From Naegleria gruberi (Eukaryota): a stretch of 64,000 nucleotides of DNA. Both the position numbers and the translations under genes were made by a program. Positions within the stretch are counted from its first letter, which is position 1; every line of letters begins with the position of its first letter. The stretch lies in NCBI GenBank assembly GCA_000004985.1, contig GG738891.1. The stretch is one strand, 5' to 3'. Below the pieces are notes generated by a model. It was not told where the DNA came from. It made no database searches and was given only the letters and a program-made list of their open reading frames with translations. Of the stretch, positions 1 through 12,053 are shown piece after piece.

Positions 1-1254
1 ACCACATGTGGTTCAAATTACGAGTGCAGATTAGGAACGTGCTATTTGAAAGTAGATGCAGGACTCGATGAAACATGCTTATATTACAATTCTACTTCAT
101 ATACATTCGGGGTCTGTAGGGAAAAGCTAACATGTTCAGGTGGAAAGTGTATTGGATTGACAATTTCACCACTTGGTGGATATTGTGGTCAAAACTCAAC
201 TGGAAGATATAACTGTGGCAATGGATACTGTTTCCTTGAAAAGTGTGTACCTTATGTGAGTTCTCTAATAGGAGGAAAGTGTGATGTAACTGATTCTGAA
301 GGTTTTTTCACATGTAAGAATGATGGTACCTCACCATATTGTTTCAACAACATATGTAGGACAAGAGGAAAGTTGGGCGAAAGCTGTCAACACAAATCTG
401 ATTCCTGTACCTCTCAATTAATTTGTAGGTCCATTGGAGGAGCTCCAAAAACATGTGAAAATTATGCACAAAAGAATGAAAACTGCTCATCCACTTCTGA
501 TTGTGCTACTGGATTATTGTGCCTGTATTCAAAGTGCACTAATTTGAATGGAAAATCAGTGGGAGAGGCATGTTTCTCCAACTCTGAATGTGATTCTGGT
601 TTGTGTTACAATAGCATTTGCTCACTGAATTACAATACCTCTTCATGCAGTACTGATTCTGATTGTAATATTTATGAAAATTCCAAGTGTTCCTGTGGTT
701 CTGGAAGATCTTCATCAGATTCCACATTTGGAACTTGTGCTGGTTTGAAGAGATGCAATGTTTACCAACTCATTCTTGAAATCTGTCTTTCCAATTATGG
801 AAGAGGAGCCTCTGTAACAACTATTTTTGACAGACACAGCTCCATTCACAAAGATTGTGCCAAAGAATTTTCTCAATATTATTCATGTTTGAGAATTGGA
901 ATTAGTGAAGCAGGTAATGTTCAATCTCTTTCAATTTCTGGTTTAGATGTCAACACTCAAGTTAAAGATCCTGCAGTTGTCAAGATTGCCCAATGTAATG
1001 CCTTTTTAAGTCACCATCTGTCTGTTTGCTCTGGATTTGGTGATTGCATTGCTGATGGTGTTTGTAAATGTTATCCAGGATATACTGGAACTTATTGTCA
1101 AACAATTTACACACCTCAAAAATCATCAATTATTCCACCAACAAATTCAATTGGTGGGGAAAACCGCACTGCCCTACTATCTGAAGGAAAGAAGAATACC
1201 TATTCAAACTTGTTGTGGATTGTCTTAATTTCATTGATTTTTATTCCACATTAA
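1..1254 (+). CDS. Secreted cysteine-rich protein with EGF-like modules and a GPI-anchor-like C-terminal tail; 5' end truncated by the window edge
   Basis: Frame 1 is open from base 1; the ORF-track start at 46 is TTG, not ATG. Cys spacing is regular, a C-terminal EGF-like motif CKCYPGYTGTYCQ is present, and a hydrophobic tail LLWIVLISLIFIPH precedes TAA at 1252-1254. Confidence 0.55.
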   Translation, partial: TTCGSNYECRLGTCYLKVDAGLDETCLYYNSTSYTFGVCREKLTCSGGKCIGLTISPLGGYCGQNSTGRYNCGNGYCFLEKCVPYVSSLIGGKCDVTDSEGFFTCKNDGTSPYCFNNICRTRGKLGESCQHKSDSCTSQLICRSIGGAPKTCENYAQKNENCSSTSDCATGLLCLYSKCTNLNGKSVGEACFSNSECDSGLCYNSICSLNYNTSSCSTDSDCNIYENSKCSCGSGRSSSDSTFGTCAGLKRCNVYQLILEICLSNYGRGASVTTIFDRHSSIHKDCAKEFSQYYSCLRIGISEAGNVQSLSISGLDVNTQVKDPAVVKIAQCNAFLSHHLSVCSGFGDCIADGVCKCYPGYTGTYCQTIYTPQKSSIIPPTNSIGGENRTALLSEGKKNTYSNLLWIVLISLIFIPH

Positions 1255-1390
1255 AAATATTCTACATCATCAAAAATTGTTTTCAGGAGTTCAATAATGT
1301 GATAGGTAATGAGGTCTTCAAAAAGCAACTGTCCAATCCGTAATAGAATATCTAAAGGTTGTATTCTACCTTGATGTCTAATAAATCATT

Positions 1391-2635
1391 TTGACGAGTA
1401 GTCTATTCTTGTCACAAAAATATTTACAACAAGAAATCAAAAAAAAAATGTTGATATTACTGATTAGAATTGCTTTGGTGGCACTAGTCTGTTTGTTATG
1501 TTTAAAATTCGGTATTGCTTCACCTTCATACTTGATCGCTCCATCAGTATTTATTATAGCTCTTGATTTGTTCTATCACGTTAATCAAGAAAGAGACGAA
1601 ACAAGACATGATGAAGATGAAATAGAAAATGAATCAGTTGATGATGATAAACTTATTCAACAAGTTATTACACAAGAAGAATCTCATCAACCTGAAACTA
1701 ATGTTGAAAATAGTTTAGACGCCAGTTTACCAACAGAAACTAGTGACCATCCATTGGAGGACTTTGAAGAGCCACCTGTCAATGTGTCAGATACAAATAA
1801 TGAAGATATAAAAGGTAAAGAAGAAATTGTTTCGTCAATTTCGTTGTTGGATCTGCAAGATGAGCCTTTACAGATTGTTGAGCAAATAACAGTCACACCA
1901 TTAAATCATGATGTTTCTTCTGAAGAAGAATCTAAAGAATTGCCATTCACCATTTCAAAGAAACTAAAAACTTCTATTGAATATTTAGAAGAGGAAGAAC
2001 TTCAAAAGATTGAAGCCAATGCTGAACACTTTGAAAAAGTTGACATTCTTTTGAAAACTGATCTGAATTTCATTGAAAGAGCTGTAAATGTTAATTGTAA
2101 TGTTTTAAAGTTGCTGAAGGAAGATGAACTTTTAACTGTTTTAGAAAGATATGAATACTTGTTTGCGCAACTTGACAACATATACCAGAAGAATGTAGAA
2201 TTTGTAAAGAAAGTGCTGGAAAGAAATCGCCAAGTTTACTTGTACTTAACAGATGTTGATACTATTGCACTATTGTTAGAGGAAGAAATTATTTCTGGAA
2301 GATCTTTGGATGATTTTGTCATAAGCTCCAACTTGCTAAAACGTGTCATTCTCAAGTTGACAAAAGATCCAAAATTTTACATTGATCACAGAAATGAAAT
2401 ATTATCTCTACTGGGTGGTGATCCGTGGTTACATAGATGTTTTTTCCCATTCATTAGTGATGATAAGGAAATTGTCATTGAAGCAGTAAGGGAGGATGGT
2501 TTCAATTTACAATATGCTTCTGATCGATTGAGAGGTGACAGAGATGTTATTATAGTAGCACTAAGGAACAATCGTTTAGCAAGAAATTTCATAAGAAGGG
2601 ATTTCTATGAAAAGTATGGAGAACCTTGCTTTTAA
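1391..2635 (+). CDS. Membrane-anchored acidic protein with C-terminal DUF4116-like repeats
   Basis: ATG at 1391; a second ATG at 1448 after an A10 run may be the true start. Hydrophobic anchor MLILLIRIALVALVCLLCL, an acidic D/E-rich middle, and C-terminal repeats (EIVIEAVREDGFNLQYASDRLRGDRDVIIVALRNN) that match the DUF4116 repeat pattern. Confidence 0.5.
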   Translation: MTSSLFLSQKYLQQEIKKKMLILLIRIALVALVCLLCLKFGIASPSYLIAPSVFIIALDLFYHVNQERDETRHDEDEIENESVDDDKLIQQVITQEESHQPETNVENSLDASLPTETSDHPLEDFEEPPVNVSDTNNEDIKGKEEIVSSISLLDLQDEPLQIVEQITVTPLNHDVSSEEESKELPFTISKKLKTSIEYLEEEELQKIEANAEHFEKVDILLKTDLNFIERAVNVNCNVLKLLKEDELLTVLERYEYLFAQLDNIYQKNVEFVKKVLERNRQVYLYLTDVDTIALLLEEEIISGRSLDDFVISSNLLKRVILKLTKDPKFYIDHRNEILSLLGGDPWLHRCFFPFISDDKEIVIEAVREDGFNLQYASDRLRGDRDVIIVALRNNRLARNFIRRDFYEKYGEPCF

Positions 2636-2714
2636 TTGAAAACAAGAATAAATATAGCTAAATCAAACTCCCTTGAGATCCACTTTACACTAATCATAGA
2701 AATTGTGGAGCAAG

Positions 2715-5700
2715 TTAGTTCAGAAAGTAAGGAAGAGCTAACAAATCTGAAGCATTTGGTCGTTGATTTGCATCCTTTTGTAACATTTGTATCACAATTT
2801 CAATTAAATCATTCGAATATTCTCCATTAATTGATTCTTTCATTTGATTTGTTAGAATATTAACGGCACTTCCTGATTGATTTCCCAAGAGTAAATTACT
2901 TATCGAAGTTGAATAATCTCTTGTCATGATTTGGTAAATTGAAACACCCATTGAAAATATGTCAGTGTTAAATGAATAAGAACTTCCAAGAGCAATTTCA
3001 GGACTCATATCTTTACAATCTGGGTGTTAAATAGACCAATTATGTAAAAACTTACACAGTGGAGTTCCAACATAGGATTGACCTTTCATTTCTTGAAACT
3101 TTTTTGCCAATCCAAAATCTGCAATTACAATTTCAATTTTTTCTTTTGATAATTTCTTAATAAATATATTGGTTGGCTTAATATCTCTATAATTAACAAA
3201 AATATATCAAAAATTAAAGAATAATGTCTAACATACCTATGAATAATAGATAAAACATCATGAACATATTTCAGAGCACTCAAAGATTGTTTCAAAATTT
3301 GTTTCACAATTATTTCACTACAATTCTCTTTCAAAAATCTTGTCAAATCACCACATTCATAATAATCCATATCAATACAAAGTAAATTATCACTAGTAAT
3401 AAAGTAATCATTCACTTTGATAATATTTGGATGATTGATATTACTCAATTGAGATGCTTCTTTCATAATACTATTTAAATCTGTGAATGATTCAAATTTA
3501 ACAATTTTAACAGCTTTGATTTGATTTCCTTTCTTGGAATCGTTGGCTTTGAATACACTTCCAAATGCTCCTTGACCAATTCTTGTTATATTACTATATC
3601 TGGAAAACGTATCTTCGGTATCAGAAGTAACTGAACCCATCGATGATGAAATAATTCTTGATGATTCTGTTGGGAAATCTGATAATTCAATAATTTCAGT
3701 ATCTATTTTTGCAATTTCAACATTCTTATTCTTCTTTCTCTTTAACGATAACATGACTATTACAATAATAATTATTACAATAATTGTAATAATCAATAAA
3801 GTACCAACAATTGGTACTACAATAGAAATAATGAGAACAGTGGATGTGTCAACCGATGACGCCTTCTTAATTTGACAAAATTCTCCTTCAAAACCCTCAT
3901 TACATTTACAAGTATTGGTTTGGACACATTGTCCATTTCCATTACAAACATTTGAATTTGAAGAGAGAGTTCCATTACATTGTATAGGTTGACAATTACT
4001 TCCATAAAACCCTTCCAAACATACACAGGTATTATTCCATGAATTAAATGCTGAATTCTCACCACAAACTGGATAAATTTTTCGAATAAGTTTTCTGTTG
4101 TCAAACAAGAAAATTGAACCATCACTTTCCTCATATTCAACACTTGTTAAGAAGGAAACGAATGAAGTATACGTTCCTTTACCATCTCCATTGAATTTTG
4201 GATTTTCAAGTCTAACACCAGCAATATCCACAAGTAAACCTGTTTCTTTCTCATACATTCTAACAAGAGTACTGTCCAAAATAATGATATCACCATTTCT
4301 TTTTTGTTTCATAGCATAAATTTTTTCAAGCAAAGAGATACCAGCAGGCAGATTATTACCTGAATATCCACTATCTGAAGTTCCTGCAATTGTTCGCAAA
4401 TACAATTCATTTTCAGACATTATCTCAATTTTTTTAACACTAGTCGCAGTAGAGAAATAGATAGAACTTCCTTGAATTATAATATTGGTTATTGTACCAG
4501 GTTTTGTTTGATTAGTAATAGGTCCATCAGGTGAATCATTTCCGAATGTGAATTGGGCAACTCTTGTAATCATTTGAGTTGATATTTCATACTTCGCAAT
4601 GATAAAGAGAGTTGCTATAAATAAATCACCATTTGTTTCATTGACAGCTAGATAGGTATTACTTAATGGGAGAGTTGTATCAAGTCCCTTAACATTAAAA
4701 GTGAGAGTACCACATCCTTTTCCAATAATTCTTTCGAATTTCATTGTCTCTGGATCTATCCTTAATACTCTACACGCCTCCTTAACATAGATTTTCCTAT
4801 CAAAATTTGAAAATATCATAGAAGAAGCAACGTAACCTAAAGAGAGGAAATTAGGTTCATAAATATACGTATAAGGTACCATTATAGTACTTGGGCTCAA
4901 TGGGGTAGTAATACCTGTTTTTTCATCATATTTCTTCAATGATTTCGTATCTATAAAGTAAATTACCTTATTTAGCGGATCTCTTGCAAATGATGAAGCT
5001 ATTTGAATTCCAACACTTGGATTTAATCCAGCAATAGTTGAAATATTACCATTGGAAACTTGTGAAATGTAATTTGTACCTGTGAGCAATATTTTGGTTG
5101 GTTCATAACAATCGACTCTCTGAATTTGTCTGTAAAATACACATTTCACTATGTTTGAAGAATTTGTAAAATACTTACAATGCCGACTCCATTACTGGAA
5201 TATCTTCTCCACTATAACCAACAACTTCGAATGACGCATTGGAAATATTAATGCTATCCAAACCTGCAATTCTATTCAATGAAAAATTCTCAATATTCAA
5301 TTCGAATAATTTTGATGTCATTCCAATATAGAATTTACCTTCATAACAAGAAAAAAAAGTATAACCAGGTAAATCTCGACTGTACAATTGAAAAGATTGA
5401 TTACTATAATGAATAATTTCATAAAATGTTATTTGACCGTAGTATCCAAAGATAGAAGTACTGTTTGGATATCTATAATTGGGAATAACACAAAATCCAT
5501 AACTTGAAAAATATGATTTAAAAGGTATAATCGTTTGTTGATAAATCATGTTTTTGTAATAATGAAAATAACCATTAACATCTAATATATAAATTGATGA
5601 ATTAGCAAGAGAATTTCCAATTACAGAAATGGCTTCTCCATAATCTGATAATTGTGAAAAATTTCCATTTTCCATATTTAAATAGTACAGGCCTAAATTT

Positions 5701-7072
5701 GGACTAAGTTGTGATAAAATCAATAATTCACCGCTCTCAAGACAATGTAGTTCCCTTATTTGTTGTAAATAAATTCTTTGAGGAATATTTGAATAAGTTA
5801 AAAGTCTGTCACTTCCAAATACAGTAGTCATTTTTCCATTGGAAACTTTTCTAATAATATTTAATTTTTCAACAAAATAAAATTCATTCTTGTACATAAA
5901 AGGATAATTAACATTGCCAGTTTCATACATTTTCAAAGGTGAAATATTTTCACCATACGGATGATTAACTATTCCACCAGATAGAGTTGAAACCATTCTA
6001 TTTTGTAAATTAATCATTCTAAGACAATTATTCGACTTGTCAGCAATAATAATTGAATTCTGATACAGTAATAATGAAGATGGTTCATAAAATTTAATAT
6101 TCAATGAAGAATATTCTTCCAAATCACCTGAATATCCACTGCTGAATGAAGAACTTCCAATAAAGAGCTTAGTTTCACTTGATTTTGATAATTTCATTTG
6201 TAGAAAGTTGTTAGTTTGTGAGGAGGTGTAAATTTCTCCTTGTTCTGTAACAAATATTCCAAATCTTGACAAATTTAGTACTATTTCATAAAAAAGACTT
6301 ACAAATTAGATTGAGGTGAATTTTGATCAACTATTCTAAACTTTCCATTTTCATCAACTGATCTCACTCTATCAGCATCAGTAAAATAAACAATTTCATT
6401 CTTTCCATTCGAAACAACGTATAAACTCTTTGGTGAATTCAAAATCAATGAAGTTCCGTCCGCTCCGTCAATTTCCTGTTGAATTCCACTCAAATATCCA
6501 CCACCTGCAATGATTGAAAGTTTCTGTGTGGAAATTTCATACTTTTTAATGAGATTATTTCCAGTATCTGCAATGTAAATATTTCCGTTCTTTGTTACAA
6601 ACACTCCTTGTGGTTTGTTGAATGAATATTGAAGAGAAGAAACTAATTTAGTTGAATTCGAAACCATTCGAATCTTGTCATTTAAAGTATCTGCAATATA
6701 CAAGTCACCATTTAATGGATTTTGAGAAATTGAAGTTGGTGTATTAAATAGAGTTTTTAAATTTGAATAACCATCACCATTAAATCCACTCAACCCAAAT
6801 CCTGCATAAATTTCAACAATTGACATGTCGACTATTCTAAAAATCAAATGCCTTCCAACATCTGACACAAAAATATCATTGTTCAAACCAAGGCATAACC
6901 CTGTTGGTAATTGCATGTATGCATCCCGAATAGCAACTTTATCATAATTATTATTCACACCAGCCAATGTTTGAGTTTGAAAATATTCAACTTTTGACAG
7001 ACCATGGCAGCAGGAAGAAATTAATAAACATGTAAAAAAGATAAGAATCTCCTTGGTTGGCAGAGGTACCAT
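2715..7072 (-). CDS. Receptor-like protein kinase: signal peptide, NHL-repeat beta-propeller region, EGF-like modules, single TM segment, cytoplasmic protein kinase domain (multi-exon)
   Basis: ATG at 7072 gives signal peptide MVPLPTKEILIFFTCLLISSCCHG. Exons 6299-7072 and 5175-6272 carry NHL-like motifs (LYIADTGNNLIKKYE, GDLYIADTLNDKIRMV, IFVSDVGRHLIFRIV). Exon 3125-5149 carries EGF-like CxC modules (CVCLEGFYGSNCQPIQC..CKCNEGFEGEFCQ), TM VLIISIVVPIVGTLLIITIIVIIIIVIV, and the kinase N-lobe (GQGAFGSVFKA, AVKIV). A short GT..AG intron is followed by HRDIKPTNIFI..ADFGLAKK (about 3060-3180), then exon 2715-3008 (YMSPE..DIFSMGV). Small introns occur at about 6273-6298, about 5113-5170 and around 3010-3060 and 3181-3230. 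Confidence 0.75.
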
Positions 7073-7497
7073 GAATGTGTGTTGCGATGTTTTTTTGCGG
7101 TGTTATCTATCCACAACCTCCATTCCGGTCATGACCAATATTTACAAATTCAAAAAAAAATTTGATGGAAATAATATGATTGGTTGGTTTGGTCCGGTAC
7201 TGTGAGAACATGAAATAACTGATCAACTTCCATTACATAGGTTTTTGCTCATTCATTAGTTAAAAATCCACGAGTTCCTCTTTCAACTGTAAATTTCATT
7301 CTCTGTGAGCAACTTGCTTTCTTGTTATTGTTGTTCTTGAACGAAAATTCTCACAAATTTCTCGAGCTTTTTTCGGTGGCAAGCCTTTTCATATTTAAAC
7401 TGTTCTCCATCCCAACACAAGGTTCATCAAAATACATTTTTTTTAAATCTCATTTCCTAACTTGAATCAAGTTGACTGGATTTTACAATAAAAAATA

Positions 7498-9060
7498 ATG
7501 ATACCAAACAATCATCATACCCCAACAACAACAGTGAACAAAGATATCTCCTCCTCCGAGCAAGGACTTTATAGTCTTGGACCTAAAACACGATTAAAAG
7601 GTTTTCATAAATCACACTATTCTCCACAATTGTCAACCAGCAGCAAGCCTTCAATTATTCTTCCATCATCATCATCATCATCAGTGCTTATTAATTATGA
7701 TCCACATGATCGGGGAGAAGGCTCATCATCATCAGCACATAATATTACGAATACGAGTAGTAATACTACTCATTCATTGATTAATAATAATAATAATTTA
7801 ATTTTGGGAGATTGTGATGGAGAGGATCAACAGTGTTCAACATTATCAAATCAATCAACAATGATTTCCTCTTCGTTTGGAACTTCGTTTCTACTCTCTA
7901 ATGATTTGTTGAATAGAGTGGATGGATCAAACCGTTCCATTTACGAAATATCGAATCAATCGAGATATAATCCAAGGAATGTGGAAGATTTTGGGAAGAG
8001 TAAGATCTTGTTTCATAGAGCTTGTAAGGAGGGTTCTTTGAGGAAAGTTATTAGAATGTTGGATGACGATAATGGTTTGATAAATTCCAGATATGAGAAT
8101 GTCACTCCACTCTATGCATGTATTGAGGAGAATAGTTATGAGGTATTCAAAGAATTATTAGATAGAAAGGCAATTATTACAGAAGGATTTCTCGAAAAAG
8201 TCATTGAACGAAATGGAGAATCATGCACAAAGATTAGCTGTTTGTATTTGGCTATTCATTTGGGAAAATACACAATAGTGGAGGATTTAATGAGGAAAGC
8301 CAACTTTATGGATATCAATATTGGGAAAGTGGTCAAGAATAGACAATCTACTAAATTTAAGGAAACTCCATTGTTTTTGGCTGTTCGATTAGGAGATATC
8401 AAAATGATCAAGACACTTTTGAGCGACACTCGATTTTGGCCCCATTTCAATCTTGTACATAGTATGGTTTCAAAAAATTATGGAGACAGTATTTCCAATA
8501 CTATATTTCAAGCACTGTTTAGTATTGAGGGAAGGACATTTTTGGAAAGGGAGAGAAGGTCAAGAGATTGCTTTTTGGAAATTAAGAAAATGTACAACTC
8601 TATTGACCCACCAATTGCTTCGATTCAAGAAATTACCTCTGACATTAAGCCATTTTCTCTTTTGCATTTCAGTAGATGCTCCTATAGTGGAACGTCACTA
8701 AAAACCATCCACAGCCCTCTTTATTTGGCCATTATGAATGAAAATGATTACTTGACAAGAGAACTTGTGAGCTGCGTTCCAAACAAGCACTTTGGTGAAT
8801 TTGTTTCCAAGTCGAATGAAACCGAATCTTGCCTGTATTTGGCAATCTACAAACGAAGTATACATGTAATTATATATTTATTAAGAATTAATGCAGATAC
8901 ATTGGAAGATGTAGACAAGTTGCGAGAGTTTGCCAGTGGAGAAGGTATTCATCTTGACCATTACATCAAAGTAGCAAGATACTTTACTAATCGAATGTAT
9001 AATCTAGCTAAGGGGATTGTAGATCATTACTCTGATTTAGAAATAATTACTCAACAATAA
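7498..9060 (+). CDS. Ankyrin-repeat protein with S/N-rich N-terminal low-complexity region
   Basis: Real ATG at 7498. Ankyrin-like repeats include TPLYACIEENSYEVFKELLDRKA and TPLFLAVRLGDIKMIKTLLSD. A poly-Ser/Asn N-terminus is present. Confidence 0.6.
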   Translation: MIPNNHHTPTTTVNKDISSSEQGLYSLGPKTRLKGFHKSHYSPQLSTSSKPSIILPSSSSSSVLINYDPHDRGEGSSSSAHNITNTSSNTTHSLINNNNNLILGDCDGEDQQCSTLSNQSTMISSSFGTSFLLSNDLLNRVDGSNRSIYEISNQSRYNPRNVEDFGKSKILFHRACKEGSLRKVIRMLDDDNGLINSRYENVTPLYACIEENSYEVFKELLDRKAIITEGFLEKVIERNGESCTKISCLYLAIHLGKYTIVEDLMRKANFMDINIGKVVKNRQSTKFKETPLFLAVRLGDIKMIKTLLSDTRFWPHFNLVHSMVSKNYGDSISNTIFQALFSIEGRTFLERERRSRDCFLEIKKMYNSIDPPIASIQEITSDIKPFSLLHFSRCSYSGTSLKTIHSPLYLAIMNENDYLTRELVSCVPNKHFGEFVSKSNETESCLYLAIYKRSIHVIIYLLRINADTLEDVDKLREFASGEGIHLDHYIKVARYFTNRMYNLAKGIVDHYSDLEIITQQ

Positions 9061-9069
9061 GAAATCACA

Positions 9070-9354
9070 TTATTTATTTAATTTTACCTTATTCACTTCA
9101 ATTTCAAAGTTAAGAGCTCTTCCGCATCCATTACATTCATCTTCAACAATCAATATGTAAGCTTTATTAGCTTTGTCCTCATATAATAGCCAAGCATTCT
9201 GATTATAACACTCGTCACTACAATAAATCATTTCGTCTGGAAAAATCCAATCTTCTCCACATTTGCAACTCAACTCACCACAATCATCACAAGTGATTCT
9301 GAAAGAAGTTGCAACTGAACAAATTTTATCACAACCAGAACATTTAGGTTTCAT
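9070..9354 (-). CDS. Small Cys-rich (zinc-ribbon-like) hypothetical protein
   Basis: A 94-aa ORF with real ATG and several CxxC pairs (CSGCDK, CDDCGELSCKCG, CNGCGR). No family recognised. Confidence 0.3.
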   Translation of the reverse strand: MKPKCSGCDKICSVATSFRITCDDCGELSCKCGEDWIFPDEMIYCSDECYNQNAWLLYEDKANKAYILIVEDECNGCGRALNFEIEVNKVKLNK

Positions 9355-9486
9355 TTTCTTATTTTTTTAGAATAAAGTTGGTGAGAATGATGAAAAGTTT
9401 GAATTGTGCTTGACAAATTAAGCACTTAAAGTGCTATAAGACCCTTTGTAAAATTAAATAAGCAATAACTGAAAATGATAAATAGT

Positions 9487-10620
9487 TTATAATAAATCAA
9501 GAATTTCATCTAAACCCTTAACAACTCTATCGTAATCATCTTCAAAGCCAACAGCCAATCTAATGAGAGTATTTCCATCCTTTTCTGTAGGCCATGGATC
9601 AGTTCTTGATAATTTACTTCCAAATGAAGTCTTGTGTTCAATAATTTTGACACGAGTCAAGACATCTAGAATTTGTGATTTGGTTCCCTTAACTTTGAAT
9701 GTGAAAACACTTGGCACTAAAACTTCATCATCAACTTTAGAGAAATACTTGGCAACTAAAGCATGAGTTGGATGAGTGGAAATAATAGGATGATTAATTT
9801 GCAATACCTTTGGATGTTTGCTCAAGTGTTCTGTGATTATTTTCTTAGTCAACTTGGAAGAGCTTTGAATTCTTGTATCGATATCTGACAAGTGTTGATG
9901 AACTAATTCACAATGGAGAGGAGAAACGTGATTTCCATTTACAATCATCCATTCTGAAATATTCTTCATTGAATTCTTTGATCTAGCCAAAACATATCCT
10001 CCAATACAAGTTCCAGCACTGTAATACTTTGTCATTGATGAAACAACATAATCAACTTGTTTCACACTAAAAGGATTGAAAATAGTTTCTGTCAACCAAG
10101 TATTATCCACAATTGTTGTCAATGACTTGGAAAGAGAACCCAATTTCTGAAGAATTGTAAAGTCAAATATTTTACCATTTGGATTAGAACATGCCTCAAT
10201 AAACAAGACATTCACTTGCTTTAGTAACTTTTCTTGAAATAAGGCAACAATCTTTTGTGGATAGGCCACGTCAACACTCACCAAATTAACATTTGTATAA
10301 TTCTTAGCTAACCAATTGAATAACCTAGGAGAATCACAATATAATTCATTGGAATAAATTAAATTGATTGGACCAAATTTGTTTTGCATCATAATACCAT
10401 GAAGTGTGGCACTAATCGACTGCATACCTGAGGCTGCAAGTTGGCAAGCCTTTGCATGAGGATCATGTCTTTTCATCAATAATTCTTGAAGTTGAATATT
10501 ATCGGGTGAGGATGATCGATTGTAGAAGAATTTCCCTTCCGATACTTCTCCGAGTACTAAATGTTCATCTTCAAATCGTTGATTCATGGCAACAGGTGTT
10601 GTGAGAGGTCTGCTTTGCAT
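9487..10620 (-). CDS. PLP-dependent Cys/Met-metabolism enzyme (cystathionine gamma-synthase/beta-lyase/gamma-lyase family), divergent
   Basis: Real ATG at 10620. Lys-containing motif SSMTKYYSAGTCIGG at the position of the PLP-lysine motif S.TKY..GH.D...G. The C-terminus LIRLAVGFEDDYDRVVKGLDEIL is typical of this family. Confidence 0.7.
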   Translation of the reverse strand: MQSRPLTTPVAMNQRFEDEHLVLGEVSEGKFFYNRSSSPDNIQLQELLMKRHDPHAKACQLAASGMQSISATLHGIMMQNKFGPINLIYSNELYCDSPRLFNWLAKNYTNVNLVSVDVAYPQKIVALFQEKLLKQVNVLFIEACSNPNGKIFDFTILQKLGSLSKSLTTIVDNTWLTETIFNPFSVKQVDYVVSSMTKYYSAGTCIGGYVLARSKNSMKNISEWMIVNGNHVSPLHCELVHQHLSDIDTRIQSSSKLTKKIITEHLSKHPKVLQINHPIISTHPTHALVAKYFSKVDDEVLVPSVFTFKVKGTKSQILDVLTRVKIIEHKTSFGSKLSRTDPWPTEKDGNTLIRLAVGFEDDYDRVVKGLDEILDLL

Positions 10621-10770
10621 TTTGTTTTGGTTATTATTTGGTGATGTGAGTGCAGCTAAATTATTTTTAAATGTTTACAATATTTCTCAAGTTTGAAATT
10701 GAAAGGATAAATGAGAAGAATAAAGGTTGAATATGAAGGATCATGATTGAGGATAATAAATAATTTAATT

Positions 10771-12041
10771 TTACATCATTGAAACGTCTCCATCAGCATC
10801 AGTTTGTAAGGTTTTGGAAATGTAGGATGCTAGGGAAAGTAACTGTAAAAATTCATCAGCTCCATCAATTAAACACTTATCACATTCGGATATTTTCAAT
10901 AGAATCTTACTTCTTTGAATATCATCCATTTTAACACAACAAGCTTCGCTCAATAAATATCGTCCAAGTTGGGTAATTATTTGATAGGCAGCAAAACCTT
11001 GCTTGATAATCTTATTCACACCACTACGTATCACACCTAGGTCAGTTTGTTGGGAAAGGGTTAAAATTTCTTCTATGATTTCATCTGGAACTAGACCAGA
11101 AATTTCAGCTATATGATTTTGTGAAATAGCATTACCAAACATTCTAGAGGCACTTTGTAATGTTGTGATGGCCTTTCTCAAATCTCCTTCAGAGTGACCT
11201 ACAATAGTATCCAAAACTTTTTCATCTTTAAGTGTTATTCCCTCCTGATTAGCAATATATTGTAATCTTTCTTTAAGTAATGAATACTCGAGTGGTTTAA
11301 ATCTGAATTTAGCACATCTTGATGTGATTGGATCAATAATACGACTCACATAGTTACAAATTAAACAGAATCTGGTGACATTAGAATAGGTTTCCATAGT
11401 TCTACGCAATGCAGATTGAGCATCTACAGTCATTGAGTCAGCTTCATCAAGAATAATAATTTTAAAAGGAGGACATGGATACTTTCCCTTTCCTGTTGGA
11501 TTTTCACTCACAGCTGTTTGAGCAAATGTTTTAACTTTAGTTCTAATAACATTGATACCTCTTTCATCACTCGCATTCAATTCCAATACTCTAGTTTTAT
11601 ATAATTCTGGTCCAAATAATTGTTTAGCAATAGCAGTTGCTGTACTTGTTTTACCATTACCAGGAGGTCCCTAAAATTTCATCCATTGTTAAATTTTGTT
11701 GATGATGAACATCTCCTGATACACTATTTACTTACATAGAAAAGCAAGTGAGGAAGATTGCCCACCTCCAAACTCTTCTTCAGAGCACTAACAACCTCTT
11801 CTTGGTGCACAACATCATCCACAGTCTTTGGACGGCTGAATTAATTTAAATTCCAATTTTTGTCGGAATCAATGATCATCACCACAATAAATATTTATCA
11901 TCAAAAACCAACAACACAATATTCACCAACAACACAATCATCATTATCATTTTAGAATCACAATAAGCACTCTCATCACACTAAAAAAAACACTGCTACA
12001 TACTACTTTTCAGTCCATGGTTGTTGTGATTTTTGATTCAT
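10771..12041 (-). CDS. RFC4: Replication factor C small subunit, RFC4 orthologue (multi-exon)
   Basis: Main exon 10771-11670: [84 protein letters not shown]. Intron about 11671-11735. Exon about 11736-11838: [34 protein letters not shown]. Intron about 11839-12006. First exon 12007-12041: [11 protein letters not shown]. Near collinear with human RFC4 ([32 protein letters not shown]). Confidence 0.85.
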
Positions 12042-12053
12042 TTTTTTTAAATT

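Noticed and set aside
2636-2830. 64-aa plus-strand ORF
   Set aside because: It is antisense to the last kinase exon (2715-3008) of the receptor kinase gene.
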